Positions 1 to 13,175 are shown, counted from the stretch's first letter. The stretch: 59,904 bases of DNA from Chiloscyllium plagiosum (GCF_004010195.1 NC_057720.1:13781189-13841092); one strand, 5' to 3'. Translations and numbers: made by a program. The notes: generated from the letters alone by a model not told the origin.

Positions 1-46
1 ATTTGCCAACCCGTCTGTAACAACGACCAATCTGTATCTGTGACTC

Positions 47-850
47 CGCTGGTAGAGCTCTTGCCTCTCCAATCAGAAGTTGTAGATTTCAGTCCCATTT
101 CAGTGGTTTAAGAATAAAAGCCCTGGTACAGTACTGAGGGAATGCAGCACTGCCAGTTTTGCAACCTTTTGGATGATATTAAAGCAAGACTCCTCCTATT
201 CTAGATAGGAGGTCGATATAAAATACTCCATTGCATTAGTCTGAAGAAGCACAGGGGAGCTGTCGAGGGGATCTTTTGATTTGATTTACTTGATTTATCA
301 TTGTCACATGGACCTAGGTAAAATGTAAAGTTTTAATTGTGTGCAGTCCAAGCATCTCATAGCATAAAACGTGTCTTAGGTTATAGAATGTAGCAAGGAA
401 TACAATGTTACAACTGCAAGATCAAGATCAATTAAATTTATAATTTGAGAGGTCCGTTCAGAATTCTAATCAGACTGGGGAAGAAGCTGTTCTTGAACCT
501 GTTGATATGTGTGTTTGAAGTTTTATATCTTCTGCCCGATGGAAGAGGTTGGAAGAGATTATAACCGGGATGGGAGGGGCCTTTGATTATCTTGGCTGAC
601 TTCTTGAGGCAGCGAGGATTATCAACATCACTCAAAAAAATCAGATGAGCTGATTCCTATTTCATTGTTACTTATGGGACCTTGCTACGTGTAAATTGAC
701 TGCTGCATTTCACTGCATGTGAACTTCAAAAATTATCTCATTGAAGGGTCTGTTTCCGTGCTGTACATCTCTGTGCCTCTACGACTCTATGACTGTTAAG
801 TGTATTGGGACATCTTGAGGTCACCAAAATGAGCTTTGAAATATTATTCT
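47..850 (+). mobile_element. Old Deu-domain SINE (SacSINE1/AmnSINE-like), split by later insertions
   Basis: tRNA-like head, then gtactgagggaatgcagcactg...gaagaagcacaggggag (47-265). It resumes at about 617 with atgggaccttgctacgtgtaaattgactgctgcattt. Confidence 0.55.
275..616 (-). mobile_element. Rex1/Babar LINE 3' fragment
   Basis: Translates to ...GPSHPGYNLFQPLPSGRRYKTSNTHINRFKNSFFPSLIRILN, a typical Rex1/Babar ORF C-terminus, followed by a (TCAAA)-like tail. Confidence 0.75.
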
Positions 851-861
851 TACTGTTACTT

Positions 862-1650
862 AATGGGTGCAGCTCTGGTAACACTCAAGAAGCGTGACAC
901 AACCAGGACAAAGCAGCCTGCTTGATTGACGCTACATCCACAAACATTCACTCCCTCCACTACTGATGTTTAGTAGCAGCAGTATTTCCCGTCGACAAGA
1001 ATCACTGACAGCATCTTCCGAATTCACTACCACAAGGACAAGGGCAATAAATTCATAGGAACAAATCCACTTGCAAGTTCCCCTCCAAGGCTCTCTCATG
1101 ACTTGGAAATATATCATCATACATTGAATCATAGAACGCTTACAGTGCGGAAGTGGGCCATTAGGCCCATCGAGTCCACACCGACCCTCCAAAAAGCATC
1201 CCACTCAGACCCAATCTCTGTAACCCTGCATTTCCCATTGCTAATCCACCTAGCCTAAACAGTTCTGGACACTACGGGGTAATTTAGCATGGCCAATCCA
1301 CCTAACTTGCACATCTTTGGACTGTGGGAGGACACCGGAGCACCCGGAGGAAACCCGCGTGGACATGGGGAGAATGTGCAAACTCCACACAGACAGTTGG
1401 ACAAGGATAGATTTGAGCCAGGTCCGTGGCGCTGTGAGGCAGCACCCCACCATAGTGTCATAGTATCTTTTAGTGTTGTGGGGTCAGAACATTGGAACTC
1501 CATATCTAACAGTACTGTGAGTACTTCTTATGACAAATGGACAACAGCAGATCAAGAAGACAGCTTATAGTCACCATCTCCAGGCTAATCTCCAGGGAAA
1601 TAAATGTTGGCCTGACCAGTGACCCACTTTTCATGAATCAATTTTTAAAA
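862..1650 (+). mobile_element. Old CR1/L2-group LINE 3' fragment interrupted by HE1
   Basis: cagctc...aacactcaagaagc...caggacaaagcagcctgcttgattg motif, also seen at 28640-28740 (-) and 54200-54280. The 3' end aataaatgttggcctgaccagtgacccac is shared with the SINE at 18804. Confidence 0.6.
1122..1460 (-). mobile_element. HE1-type V-SINE
   Basis: Reverse complement has a tRNA-like head, V-domain (gtctgtgtggagtttgcacattctcccc...ggtgctccgg...cccacagtccaaagatgtgc) and a CR1/HER1-derived tail. Confidence 0.9.
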
Positions 1651-2897
1651 ATTGTCTTTGTCAGCAAAGAACTTCCAAGTTGGGAAACAAGTCTTGGAGA
1701 ATGGGAACAATTGTGACAGGAGTTACTTGAAGGGTCAAGGGGTGGTTTTATGGAGTCTTATCAAAGTTGAAAGGGTTACAGCAAGGCTTAGGGTTTTAGG
1801 GCAAAGTTTCCAGAATTCAGGGATATCAGAGTTGAGATTCTGACACTGATTACCGAAAGGAGAGTTGGGAGGCAGAGGGTGGATGAAGGAGGGCAGTAGA
1901 TTGAGAAACCCCACACTGACTGGAATGGAAGGCAGGGAAAACACAGATGAGGTGGGATGAGGTTTCATAAGGATTTATAACTTAAGGATAATAATTCTGT
2001 CAGTTTTGTAACCACGTACTCAGAGTAGAGGGGGAGGGGTGGGGGCTGGGAACAGTGTATGAGGTCTATCCAAGGTGACAAAGCTTCTAGTGTACAGTGT
2101 TCTGACGTTTAAGCAACTTGCTTCATTTGTTGCCCACAGTTGCTTATATGGCCGAGACTGGGAGATCAGATAGGATTGTGCAATGGGCCTCATCATGCTG
2201 GAATGAAAGAGGAAGACCACAGAGCAAGCGAAACAAAAAACTCTTAGTGAGAAGGGAAAATCTCTTCAAAACCACAGTAGAGTGACCAAATCACCAACTT
2301 TATTTGCATACTCAGTAACTGCATTCACAGCTCAATGCATCACAGCTCACTCAGTAATATTCCTCTGAATTTACAGTAAGTCCTTTTCTATTAGTAACTG
2401 CACACTCATTTTTCTGTCAATAAACATGTTTCTCAGTTACCGTTATAGGACAAAATGACCCATTAACAAGACAACTGCCAAGCCTTTTATTTAAATAACT
2501 TTCTGGAAAACAATTATTGTTGTCACTCACCATCAGCTTACCAGATCCTTGTCAACTTATGTGCCGTACAGTAAAAGAAAAATTGGCAGTCCTCTTGTGC
2601 AAACAGTCTAAGTATTTATATTCGTTAGTTTGCATATAGCAATATAATATTCATCATTATCCTCATTATAATACACCCCAGAGGATTTCCATTGATGCTT
2701 TTGAACTTCAAACTTGGCAATAATTTTTACAAGCAGCTGAGGCTCTTGCTCAAGAAGCATTCGAGTCATGGTGAAAAAGTGAGGAGTGCTTTGCACAGCG
2801 ATGATTATGCAGTGTGTAAGGCTATTTGCCATTTATTCACCGATTAAGGAATGTGTGGCCCATGCAGTAAGACCTCGGCAACATTCATGTTGAAATA

Positions 2898-3007
2898 CTT
2901 TCTAACCAGTCTGTCCAGAGATGTTACACATCTCTGGAGCAAGTGGGACTTGAGCCCAGGCCTCCTGGCTCAGAGGTAGGGACACCACCACTGCACCACA
3001 AGACCCT
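2898..3007 (-). mobile_element. Short tRNA-derived SINE
   Basis: Reverse complement gggtcttgtggtgcagtggt...gggctcaagtccc shows A- and B-box-like motifs followed by a non-tRNA body. Confidence 0.55.
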
Positions 3008-3099
3008 TTTCAAATTTCACGAGCTGCCATGGTGGGATTCATACCCATGACTGCAGATTATCAGGATAATTCCAAATGGCCTGTTTGGTGACACTTCCA

Positions 3100-6000
3100 A
3101 TACAGTGCACGCTGAGCAAGAGCAGACACGGGAGTGCTGGGTAAATGAGGCACTACATTTGGGTGCTGCTTTGCCTGAAACACTACTTGGGTAGTGTCTC
3201 CCAGATGTCCTCCTCCTCCTCTAACCAAATAAAGCTTCTGTGCGTCAATTGGTAAGGTGACTGGTTTTTTTTTTTTAGCTTTTTCAGTGGTCTTGTTGGG
3301 AATTTCGAATAGTGGGAATGGAGGTTAGGGCAGTTGAATGTTCCTACTGTCCCTGCTGACAGCATCTGTGGGAAGTGCCCCCAACTCCAGCTCCTTGAAA
3401 ACCACATTAAAATGAACTTCAGATCATTCAGGAGATGAATGGGGTTATTGAAAGGAGTTACAGGGAGGTAGTCACATCTCAGGTAAAAGATGAAGGTAGA
3501 TGGATTACCATTATGGGACAGAGAAGGAACTGGCAGGCAGTGCAGGGATCCCCGTGACCGTTCTGTCAACAACAAGTATACCTCTTTGGATATGGTTGGG
3601 GAGGACAACTTACCAGGGGTAAGCAATGGGGCATAGGTCTCTGGCACAGAGTCTGTCCCTGTTGCTCAGAAGGGAAGGGGGAAGAGGAGCAGATCATTAG
3701 TCATTGGGGACTCCAATGCTGGGGGGAAAGGGAGGAGTTTCTGTGGGAACGAGAGATACTCACGATTGGTGTGTTGCCTCCCAAGTGCCAGGGTTCATGA
3801 TGTCTTGGATTTTGTTTTCGGGATCCCTGCAAGGGAGGGGGAGCAGCCCCAGGTCGTGGTCCACATAGGCACCAATGACACAGATAGGAAGAGAGATGGG
3901 GATTGAAAGCAGAAATTCAGGGAGCGAGGATGGAAACTTAGAGCTAAAATAAACAGAGTTGTTATCTCTGGTTTATTGCTTGTGTCACATGCTAGTGAAG
4001 TGAGGAATAGGGAGAGAGAGGAGTTGAACATGTGACTAAGGGATGGTGCAGGAGGGAGGGTTTTGAATTCCTGGATAATTGGGGCTCTTTCTGGGGGAGG
4101 TGGGACAGCATGGTCTTCACCTGAACCACAGGGGTACCAATAACCTGGGGGGGTATATTTGCTAATGCTCTTCAAGTGGGTTTAAACGAATTCAGCAGAG
4201 GATGGGAACCGAAATTGTAGTTCGAGTACATGGTAGGATGAGAGTCGTGAAGTTAGAACTAAGATTTCAAGATCGCAAGAAGGCACTGGAAGGCAAGAAG
4301 TTGGTTTGAAATGTATCTACTGCAATGCCAGGAACATCTGAAATAAGGTGGGTGAACTTGCAGCATGGGTTGGTACCTGGGATTTCGATGTTGTGGCCAT
4401 TTCAGAGTCATGGGTAGAGCAGGGACAGGAATGGCTGTTGCAGGTTCTGGGATGTAGATGTTTCAGAAAGAACAGAGAAAATGGTAAAATAGGGGGTGGC
4501 ATGGCACTGTTACTCAAGGACAGTATTATGGTTGCAGAAAGAACGTTTGAGGACTCATCTACTGAGGTAGTATGGGCTGAAATTAGAAACAGGAAAGGAG
4601 AAGTTAACCTGTTGGAAGTTTTCTGTAGGCCACAGAATTGTTCCAGAGATGTAGAGGATAACATAGCAAAGATGATCCTTGATAGGAACAAGAGTGACAG
4701 GGTAGTTGTTATGGGGGCTTTAACTTTCCAAATATTGACTGGCAATACTATGGTTCAAGCACTTTAGATGGGTCAGTTTTTGTCCAGTGTGTGCAGGAAG
4801 GTTTCCTGACACAATATGTAGACAGGCCAACAAGGGGCAAAGCCACATTAGATTTGATACAGGGGAAGGAACCCAGCCAGGTGTTAGATTTGGAGGTAGC
4901 TGAGCACTTTGGTGATAGTGACCTCAACTCGGTTAAGTTTACTTCAGCGATGTAAAGGGATAGGTATATATCGCAGGGCAAACGTTATAGGTGGGGGAAA
5001 GACAATTATTATGCAATTAGGCAAGATTTAGGATGCATAGGATGGGGAAGGAAACTGCAGGGGATGGGCATGATTGAAATGTGAAGCTTATTCATGGACC
5101 AGCTACAGGAAGTTGAATCTCTTGTCAAGAGGAAGAAGAAGGCTTATGTTAGGATGAGATATGATGCTTCAGTTAAGGCGTTTGAGAGTTAAAAGTTAGC
5201 CAAGAAAGACCTAAAGAGAGAGCTAAGAAGAGCCAGGAGGGGATATGAGAAATCATTGGCGGATAGGATCAAGGAAAACCCAAAGGATTTCTACATCTAT
5301 ACCAGGAATAAAAGAATGACTAGAGTAAGATTAGGCCAATCAAGCAGAGTAATGGGAAGTTGTGCGTGGATTCAGAGGAGATAGGAGAAGCACTAAATGA
5401 ATGCTTTTCGTCAGTATTCACACTAGGAAAAGAAAATGTGGTCAAGGAGCGTACTGAGATACAGGCTACTACACTAGATGGGATTGAGGTTCACAAGAAG
5501 GAGGTGTTAGCAATTCTAGAAAGTGTTAAAATAGATAAGTATCCTGGGCCAAATGGGATTTATCCGAGGATTCTCTGGGAAGCCAGGGAGGAGATTGCCA
5601 AGCCTTGGGTTTTGATCTTTATGTTGTCATTATCTACAGGAATAGTGCCAGAAGATTGGAGGATAGCAGTTCAAGAAGGGGTATAGAGACAACCCTAGAA
5701 ATTATAGACCAGTCAGCCTTACTTTGGATGTGGGAAAATTGTTGGAAAGGGTTATAAGAGATAAGATTTATAATCATCTCGAGATGAATAAGTTGATTCA
5801 GGATAGTCAACACAGTTTTGTGAAGATAGGTCATGCTTCACAAACCTTATTGAGTTCTTTGAGAAGGTGACCAGATAGGTAGATGAGGGTAAAGTGGTTG
5901 ATGTGGTGTATATGGATTTCAGTGAGGCGTTTGATAAGGTTCCCCATGGTAGGCTATTGCACAAAATATGGAGGCATGGGATTCAGGATGGTTTAGTGGT

Positions 6001-7066
6001 TTGGATGAGTGATTGGCTAGCTGAAAGAAGACAGAGGGTGGTGGTTGATGGGAAATGTTTATCCTGGACTTCAGTTACTAGTGGGGTACCACAAGGATCT
6101 GTTTTGGGTCCACTGTTGTTTGTCATTTATACAAGTGACCTGGATGAGGGGAAAGAAGGATGGGTTAGTAAATTTGTGGGCGACACTAAGGTTGGTAGAG
6201 TTGTGGATTGTGCAGAAGGATGTTTTAGGTTACAGAGAGACATAGATGAGCTGCAGGGCTGGAATGAGAGGTGGCAAATGGAGTTTAATGTAGAAAAGTG
6301 TGAGGTGATTCACTTTGGACAAGGTAACAGGAATGCACAGTACTGGGCAAATGGTAAGATTCTTGGTCATGTAGCTGAGCAGAGAGATCACGGTGTCCAG
6401 GTAAATAGATCCCTGAAAGTTGCCACCCAGGTTGATAGGGTTGTTAAGAAGGCATATGGTGTGTTAGCTTTTATTGGTAGAGAGATTGAGTTTTGGAACC
6501 ATGAGATCATGCTGCAGCTGTCCAAAACTCTGGTGCAGCCACATTTGGAGTATTGCATCCAATTCTGGTCACTGCATTATAGGAAGGATGTGGAAGTTTT
6601 GGATAGGGTTCAGAGGAGATTTATTAGTGTATTACCTGGTCTGGAGGGAAGGTCTTATGGGAAAGGCTGAGGGACTTGAGGCTGTTTTCGTTCGAGAGAA
6701 GAAGGTTGAGAGGTGACTTAATAGAGACATTCAAGATAATCAGAGGGTTAGATAGGGTGGACAGGGAGAGCATTTTTCCTTGGATGGCGATGGCTAGCAT
6801 GAGGGGACATAGTTTTAAATTGAGGGGTGATAGATATAGGACAGATGTCAGAGGTAGTTTCTTTACTCAAAGAGTAGTAGGGACATGGAATGCACGACCT
6901 ACAACAGTAGTAGACTTGCCAACTTTAAAGGGCTTTTAAATGGTCACTGGATAGTCATATGGATAAGAATGGAATGGTGTAGGTTAGATGGGCTTCAGAT
7001 TGGTTTCACAGGTCAGCACCTGTACAGGGCCAGTACTGCACTGTAACATTCCATGTTCTATGTTCT
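3100..7066 (+). mobile_element. Near-full-length, inactivated CR1 (HER1-like) LINE
   Basis: ORF1 remnant has a Cys-rich segment and SGNH esterase motifs (VIGDS near 3700, VVVHIGTND near 3855). ORF2 has an APE domain (WVGTWDFDVVAISESW) and RT (GVPQGSVLGPLLF, catalytic motif mutated to KFVGDTK). Tail ttccatgttctatgttcta. Many stops and frameshifts, internal deletion near 5108. Confidence 0.95.
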
Positions 7067-8671
7067 AAAATAGCACCACCGCCTCCCAACATTCAGGTTT
7101 AGGCTGATTAAGTGACACGGAACAATCAAGTGTCATGGAATGAATATCTCTAAGAATAGAGAGTGAAACTACCTTTCCACCACCAACAGCAAATTGCCCT
7201 AGATATCACACATCAACTTGATCATACATTGCCATTCATTTCCCATCACCAGATGTTCGAACTCCCTCCCTCTGTAATGGTTCAAGAAGGTGGCTCAGAA
7301 CCATCTCGTCATGAGATTGAAAGGCTTTAAACAAGAAAAGGGGGCTTTAAACTCAACCGTGGAGTGGGGGCAACAACACGTCAAAATAAATAGTGAGGCT
7401 GAGGGATCAATGCTGGCAGGATTCTGGAAGATACAAAAGAACATGACGCAAGTGAGCAAAGGATCAATGAAGGAAATGATGGTCAGACAATGGTAGAATG
7501 GGACAGATTGTCCAAACCGAAGAATGAAACAGTTGATGGGGTGAGAGATTACAAAAGGACATAGCTAAAAAAGTAGTAGTTGAATTGTACATAGCATATG
7601 TTACAAAATATATGAATTGACTACACAAATAGAAATAAATAAGTATGTCTGATAGCCATTACTACAAGATGGCCTAATATTGGACCTAATTTTGTAAGTG
7701 ACATCTTTCTAAATGTCACTTAAGGGTATGTTACATTTAGTAAGAACACAAAGCTAAGTAAAGGTGGAGGAGCTACAGTAGAGTGAGACGGCCTTAGCTC
7801 TGGGGATCAGGATGTAGATTCAGTTTTGGTAAATGTGAGAAACATTAAAGATAAGAAGTGATTTGTGGGAGAGGCCTATAGGTCCCTTAACATCAACCAC
7901 ACCGTAGGGTGTGTATGCAGGGAAAACAAATAGGTGCTTGTGAGAAAGGTACGGTGATAATCATGGGTGATTTTAATCAAAACATAGATTGTGCATCAGA
8001 TGGTGACAGTAGCCTGGAGGATGAGTTTATAGAATGTTTTCTTGGACATTTTCTTTGAGGTAGATAGGACAGCAATTGGTGAGAATGACACAAAGAAACT
8101 ACAGAGGCATATAGGCAGGATAAGTGAGTGGGACAAATGCTTGATAGTTGGAATATAATGTGGAAAACTGTGAGGTTATGCACTTTGGCAGGAAGAAGAA
8201 AAGAGTTGTCCATTACTTAAATTGAAAATGTCGGCAGAGAACTGCACCACAGAGAGATTTGAGATTCCCTGTGCATAAATCACAAAAAAATGTTAGCATT
8301 CAGTTCAGCCAGAAATAGGGAAGGCAAATGGAACGTTGGGCTTTATTTCAAAGGGAGTGGAGTATTAAAGTGGAGACATTTTGCTGAAACTCGGCACTCA
8401 TCAGAACACTGTGAACAGTTTTGGTCCCTTTATCTAACGAAAGATATTGAATGCAGCCCAGAGAAGGCTCTCTAGGTGAATCCCAGGTACGGAGGGATTT
8501 TCGTTTGAGGACAGAATGAGTAGATTAGATTAGATTCCCTACAGTGTGGAAACAGGCCCTTCAGCCCAAAAGGTCCACACCGACCCTCCGAAGAGTAACC
8601 CACCCAAACCCCTTTTCCCTCTGACTAATGCACCTAATTGATAATTTAAGCATGGCCAATTCACCTAACCT

Positions 8672-9165
8672 GTGTTGCTGGAGAAGCGCAGCAGGTCAGG
8701 CAGCATCCAGGGAACAGGAGAATCGACGTTTTGGGCATAAGCCCTTCTTCAGGAATGAGGAAAGTTTGTCCAGCAGGCTAAGATAAAAGGTAGGGAGGAG
8801 GTTCCAGCAGGCTAAGATAAAAGGTAGGGAGGAGGTTCCAGCAGGCTAAGATAANNNNNNNNNNNNNNNNNNNNNNNNNNNNNNNNNNNNNNNNNNNNNN
8901 NNNNNNNNNNNNNNNNNNNNNNNNNNNNNNNNNNNNNNNNCCTCTCCGCCCCCACCCCCGTCTGACCTATCACCCTCACCTTTACCTCTTTCCACCTATC
9001 ACATTTCCGCTCTTAGCCTGCTGGAACCTCCTCCCTACCTTTTATCTTAGCCTGCTGGACAAACTTTCCTCATTCCTGAAGAAGGGCTTATGCCCGAAAC
9101 GTCGATTCTCCTGTTCCCTGGATGCTGCCTGACCTGCTGCGCTTCTCCAGCAACACATTTTCAGC
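8672..9165. mobile_element. Penelope-like element (PLE) family A, inverted pseudo-LTR pair around an N gap
   Basis: 8672-8854 is the reverse complement of about 9010-9160. Hammerhead motif ctgaagaagggcttatgcccgaaacgtc at 9076-9103. Confidence 0.8.
9073..9107 (+). ncRNA. Minimal type I hammerhead ribozyme motif (family A)
   Basis: CUGAAGA-A-GGGC/UUAU/GCCC-GAA-ACGU-C; palindromic stem III ACGU. Confidence 0.7.
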
Positions 9166-10096
9166 ATAAAGAGGGAGAGTCCACCACTGCTACTGGCAGG
9201 GCATTCCAGAATGTGCAAGCTCCACGCAGACAGTCACCCGAGGTTGGAATCGAACCCAGGACCCTGGTGCTGTGAGGCAACAGGGTAACCACTGAGCCAC
9301 CATGCCACTCCATGGTTGGGCTTGTACTCATTGGACCTTAGACGAATGAGATGGTTATTGAAGCATCCAAAATTCTTCGGGGACTTGACAGCTTAGATAC
9401 GGAAAGGTTGTTTCTCCTTTTGAGAGGGTCCAGCATCAGAGGGTATAATCTCAGAATAAGTGTTGCACCTTTAAGATAAAGATAAGGAGGAATATCTTTT
9501 CTCAAAGGATAACGCATCTGTGGAATCCTGTACCATAGGGGGCTGTTGAGGCAGGGTTGTTCAGAATATTCAAAAGCTGAGAGGTAGATTTTTAATCAGG
9601 AAATTAATCAAGGGTTATGGGGAAAAGGCAGGAAAGTGGAGTTGAGAATGATCAGATCAGTCATGATCTCTTTGAATGGTGGGAGGAGGCTTGATGTGCC
9701 AAATGGCTTCCTTCTGTTCATATGTTTTATAGTCTTATGGTCTTACATATAGTACTTTGATTTCCAAGAAGGTATTTGATAAGGAGCCATATCATAGGTT
9801 ACTATACAAAGTAAGAGCGCCGAGTAAAGACATTACATATTGACATAGATAGAAGATCAGTTGTAAGCAGAAAATGGACATAAATGGATAGTGACAAGTG
9901 GAATGTGCAAAGGATCAATATTGAAGTCTCTCTTTTGAAAAATTCATATAAATGATTTGAAAGAATTGACTGTGTGATTGCTAGATTTGCAGATGATATA
10001 TAGTTGGGCAGGAAAGTAAGGTACACTAACTAAAAAAATGTACTAAGTTAAAAATCACACAACACCAGGTTATAGTCCAACCGGTTTAATTAGAAG

Positions 10097-10131
10097 CACT
10101 AGCTTTCGGAGCGCTGCTCCTTCATCAGGTG
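10097..10131 (-). ncRNA. Minimal hammerhead ribozyme motif (family B)
   Basis: Reverse complement reads CAC-CUGAUGA-A-GGAGC/AGC/GCUCC-GAA-AGCU-A-GUG. Confidence 0.75.
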
Positions 10132-10487
10132 GTTGTGGAGTATAAGATCGTAAGAAACAGAATTTATTGCAAATGTTTACAATATGATATAACTGAAACT
10201 ATATGTTGAAAAAGACCTGGATTGTTTGTTAAGTCTCTCATCTTTTAGAATGACCATGTTGGTTTCAGTTCTTTCATATGTAAATCCCAGAACTTTTTTT
10301 AAAAGTTACATTTTCTTTTAAAAGTGTTCTGAGATTTACATATGAAAGAACTGAAACCAACATGGTCATTCTAAAAGATGAGAGACTTAACAAACAATCC
10401 AGGTCTTTTTCAGTGTATAATTTCAGTTACATCACATTGTAAACGTTTGCAATAAATTCTGTTTCTTACGATCTTATACTCCACAAC

Positions 10488-10522
10488 CACCTGATGAAGG
10501 AGCAGCGCTCCGAAAGCTAGTG
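10488..10522 (+). ncRNA. Minimal hammerhead ribozyme motif (family B)
   Basis: cac ctgatga a ggagc agc gctcc gaa agct a gtg: stem I CAC/GUG, 5-bp stem II, palindromic stem III AGCU. Confidence 0.75.
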
Positions 10523-11080
10523 TTTCTGAATAAACCTGTTGGATTATAACCAGGTGTTGTGTGATTTTTAACTTAGTACATCCCAATCCAACACCGGCAT
10601 CTCCAAATCATAAATAAAGTAAGACATTGTCCAGGAATATCCTGCACTGGAAAAGTAGGGGAAATCTGACCTGGCAAATTATTATCCTAGCAATTCACTC
10701 TAGGTCATCAGCAAAGTGAGGGAGGAGTCATCAAAATTCTTGGCACCGAAAGATAACTGTGATGTGGTCCTCTGGTGTTATTCAGAGAAAAAAATGGAGT
10801 TAAGTTACTGAAGTTACGCAACTTTGAATGTGGGTAAATTTTTGGAATTTTGTCACAGTTTATTTGAGTACATTTTATCTTTGTGCTAATGGTACCAAAC
10901 TTTTTCATCCTGGTAATTCAAAACTGTGTAGGAATCCTACATTGGCAGTCATTGGCATTTGCCATTGGGCTTGAAGCTACCTCAACTCAAGGTAACATTT
11001 GTATGAAGATAGTATGCTGAGGCCATATTGCTATTGAAGGATGAGAACAGCTCAAGTCAATCAACCTGGCTTCCTCCAAT

Positions 11081-11238
11081 AAAAGCAAAATACTGTGGAT
11101 GCTGGAAATCTGAACTAAAAACTGAATGTACTTAAGAAACTCAGCAGGCCTGGCAGCACCTGTGGAGAGAGAAAAACAGAACTGTTCTGAAGTACTGTCA
11201 TAATAGACTCGAAACGTTAAGTCTGTATCTCTCTCCAC
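11081..11238. mobile_element. Older PLE family C, short fold-back with a decayed hammerhead
   Basis: gatgctggaaatctgaa...ctcagcagg...gtggagagaga followed by ctgaag...gtca taata gactc gaaacgtt...tctctctccac. Confidence 0.6.
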
Positions 11239-11239
11239 T

Positions 11240-11578
11240 CATGAGATGTGGACTAGACAAGCATTAATAGCCCATCCCTAGTTGCTCAAAAGAAGGCAGT
11301 GGTGACATGGAGTGGCCATTTCAGAGGGCAGTTAAGAGTCAAACATATTGTTGTGGGCTTGGAGTCACATGTAGGCCAGACAGGGGTGGCTGTTTGCTTC
11401 CCTAAAGTACATTAGTAAACATGGGGTTTTTCTGATAGTCGGTAATCATTTCATTGGTCTCTTAATACCAGACTTTTTAAACTCGAATTCCACCATCTGC
11501 CATGGTTGGATTCGACCCTGGAGTTCCAGGACATTACCTGAGTCTCTGCATTAACAGTACCACTCGGCCATCACCAGC
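11240..11578 (-). mobile_element. tRNA-derived SINE (same family as 18804-19110)
   Basis: gggcagttaagagtcaa...ggagtcacatgtaggcc...gaattccaccatctgccatgg is the reverse complement of the 18804 copy. Confidence 0.75.
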
Positions 11579-12899
11579 CCATGAGCACCTATTTAAGCTG
11601 GGAGCCCCTACCAATGAGAGGCAGGTCTTTGAGATCATGTGCAAATAACTCTGAAAAGCTGGAGACCTGATAGGAGCCACATACATTCGCATATTCTGAA
11701 TAGAGTGCCGTCAAATCTACCATTCACAGTGGATGCAGAATGGGAAAGGGATACAGCAGCAGGGTTGAAAATATTCATCCTATCATACATACGACAACAA
11801 AATGTAATATTGCTGAAAAGTCATTGATCAACACCATTCCTAGACTAAAGTGTCTGATCAATGCGGAAACTATGTGAGCAGTGGCACAATATGAATTTAT
11901 TGCGATCACAGTCACTGAGGTCAATGATTACCGATACACACGGTTTCCTTCTCACAAAAATCAATAACAAAATCCAAGTTACTATTACATTTCAGCAGAC
12001 CCTTTAATATATTTCTTTTTCTTCTAATCTACTGCGGTGCATGTAAGTAGCAGCAAGCCGCAGTGAAGTATGTCCCTCTAGCTAATTACTGGAGGCATTC
12101 ATTAATGCAATCAATGTAAACTATTCTAGTGCAACTAAGCTCTATTCATTAGACACAGAGCAATGTATATGTGTCACATCAGGGTTTTTCAAGCGCTCAA
12201 TGCCTTTTGTACTCTGAAGAGGAAGAATGCTTTTTCTGTTATCAGGCGTTATTCTATATTTGTTTTATTTCTGAATGGTCGATAAGCCAGCATATCAAAG
12301 CATGTCGAATGTACCCTGATATCCCCAACAGGTCACAGGTCAAAGCCTCACAGTGCACACAACAACAATTAAGCGGACAACACCATTGACATTTTCAGCA
12401 CACCAGCGAGAACAAACTATCATTAAAATTAAATCAATGGCTTAATCACATTTCTGGAATACTATTTAAACAAACAAATGAACGAGAATGGAATAAATCT
12501 GTCTTTCCATGTATTCAAGAGGATTGTTATGTCGTGTAGTGCGTCAGACTTTTAATTGTATTGGCAACAAAAATGTGCATTTGTACAGCGCCTTTAACAT
12601 GCTAAAACATTCCAGGTGATTCATAGGAATAAAATGGATCCATTATAGCACAATTTGGTTTTGATGCTTCATTGCATGTAAGTTGTTAGCTTCTGTTTCT
12701 CTTTTCTTCAGAATTTAATTCTATTTGCAAAACCAATGTATTTTCAGAGCTTTAAAATTACTGAAAAATATAGCAACAGTTTGTGGAATTTTTTGATGTA
12801 AGGGGACATGGTGACCTAATAGTATTATTGCTGGACTATTAGTCCAGAATTCAGCAAATGTTCTAAGGATCCTGGGTTTGAATCCAGCCATGACAGATC

Positions 12900-13175
12900 A
12901 TAGAATCATAGATTTTATAAACTTCTATGAGGTCAGCCCTCAGCCTCTGACGATCCAGGGAAAATAGCCCCAGCCTATTCATTCTCTCCCAATAGCTCAA
13001 ACCCTACAACCTTGGCAATATCCTTGTAAATGTTTTCTGAACCCTTTCAAGTTTCACAACAACTTTCTTATAACAGAAAGATCAGCACTCAACACAGTAT
13101 TCCAAAAGTGGCCTAACCAATGTCCTGTACAGACGCAACATAACTTCCCAACTCCTGTACTCAATGCACTGACCG
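12900..13175 (-). mobile_element. CR1/HER1 ORF2 fragment
   Basis: aaccctttcaagtttcacaac...gtattccaaaagtggcctaaccaatgtcctgtac is the reverse complement of CR1 C-terminal sequence. Confidence 0.7.

Larger units (their letters stand above)
8521..9307 (-). mobile_element. HE1 V-SINE split by a Penelope-like palindrome
   Basis: 3' half at 8521-8671 with a (TAGAT)n tail; 5' half at 9208-9307 with the tRNA-like head. Confidence 0.85.
7700..10025 (+). mobile_element. Older CR1 fragments with nested HE1 and Penelope-like insertions
   Basis: Degenerate APE/RT pieces (ataatcatgggtgattttaat; tttgcagatgat) and a CR1 3' end with tail tcttatggtctta near 9735. Confidence 0.7.
10038..10611. mobile_element. 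PLE family B, long fold-back (arms 10038-10305 and 10315-10581) plus an unpaired 30-nt tail
   Basis: Arms of about 268 bp are near-exact reverse complements with a spacer of about 9 nt. Each arm holds a hammerhead motif. Confidence 0.85.

Noticed and set aside
5894..6670. 258-aa ORF as a host gene
   Set aside because: It is CR1 reverse transcriptase with a mutated catalytic motif (FVGD), inside a decayed LINE.
8770..8854. 34-bp direct repeats as a CRISPR array
   Set aside because: No spacers, eukaryotic context, located inside a PLE arm beside an assembly gap.
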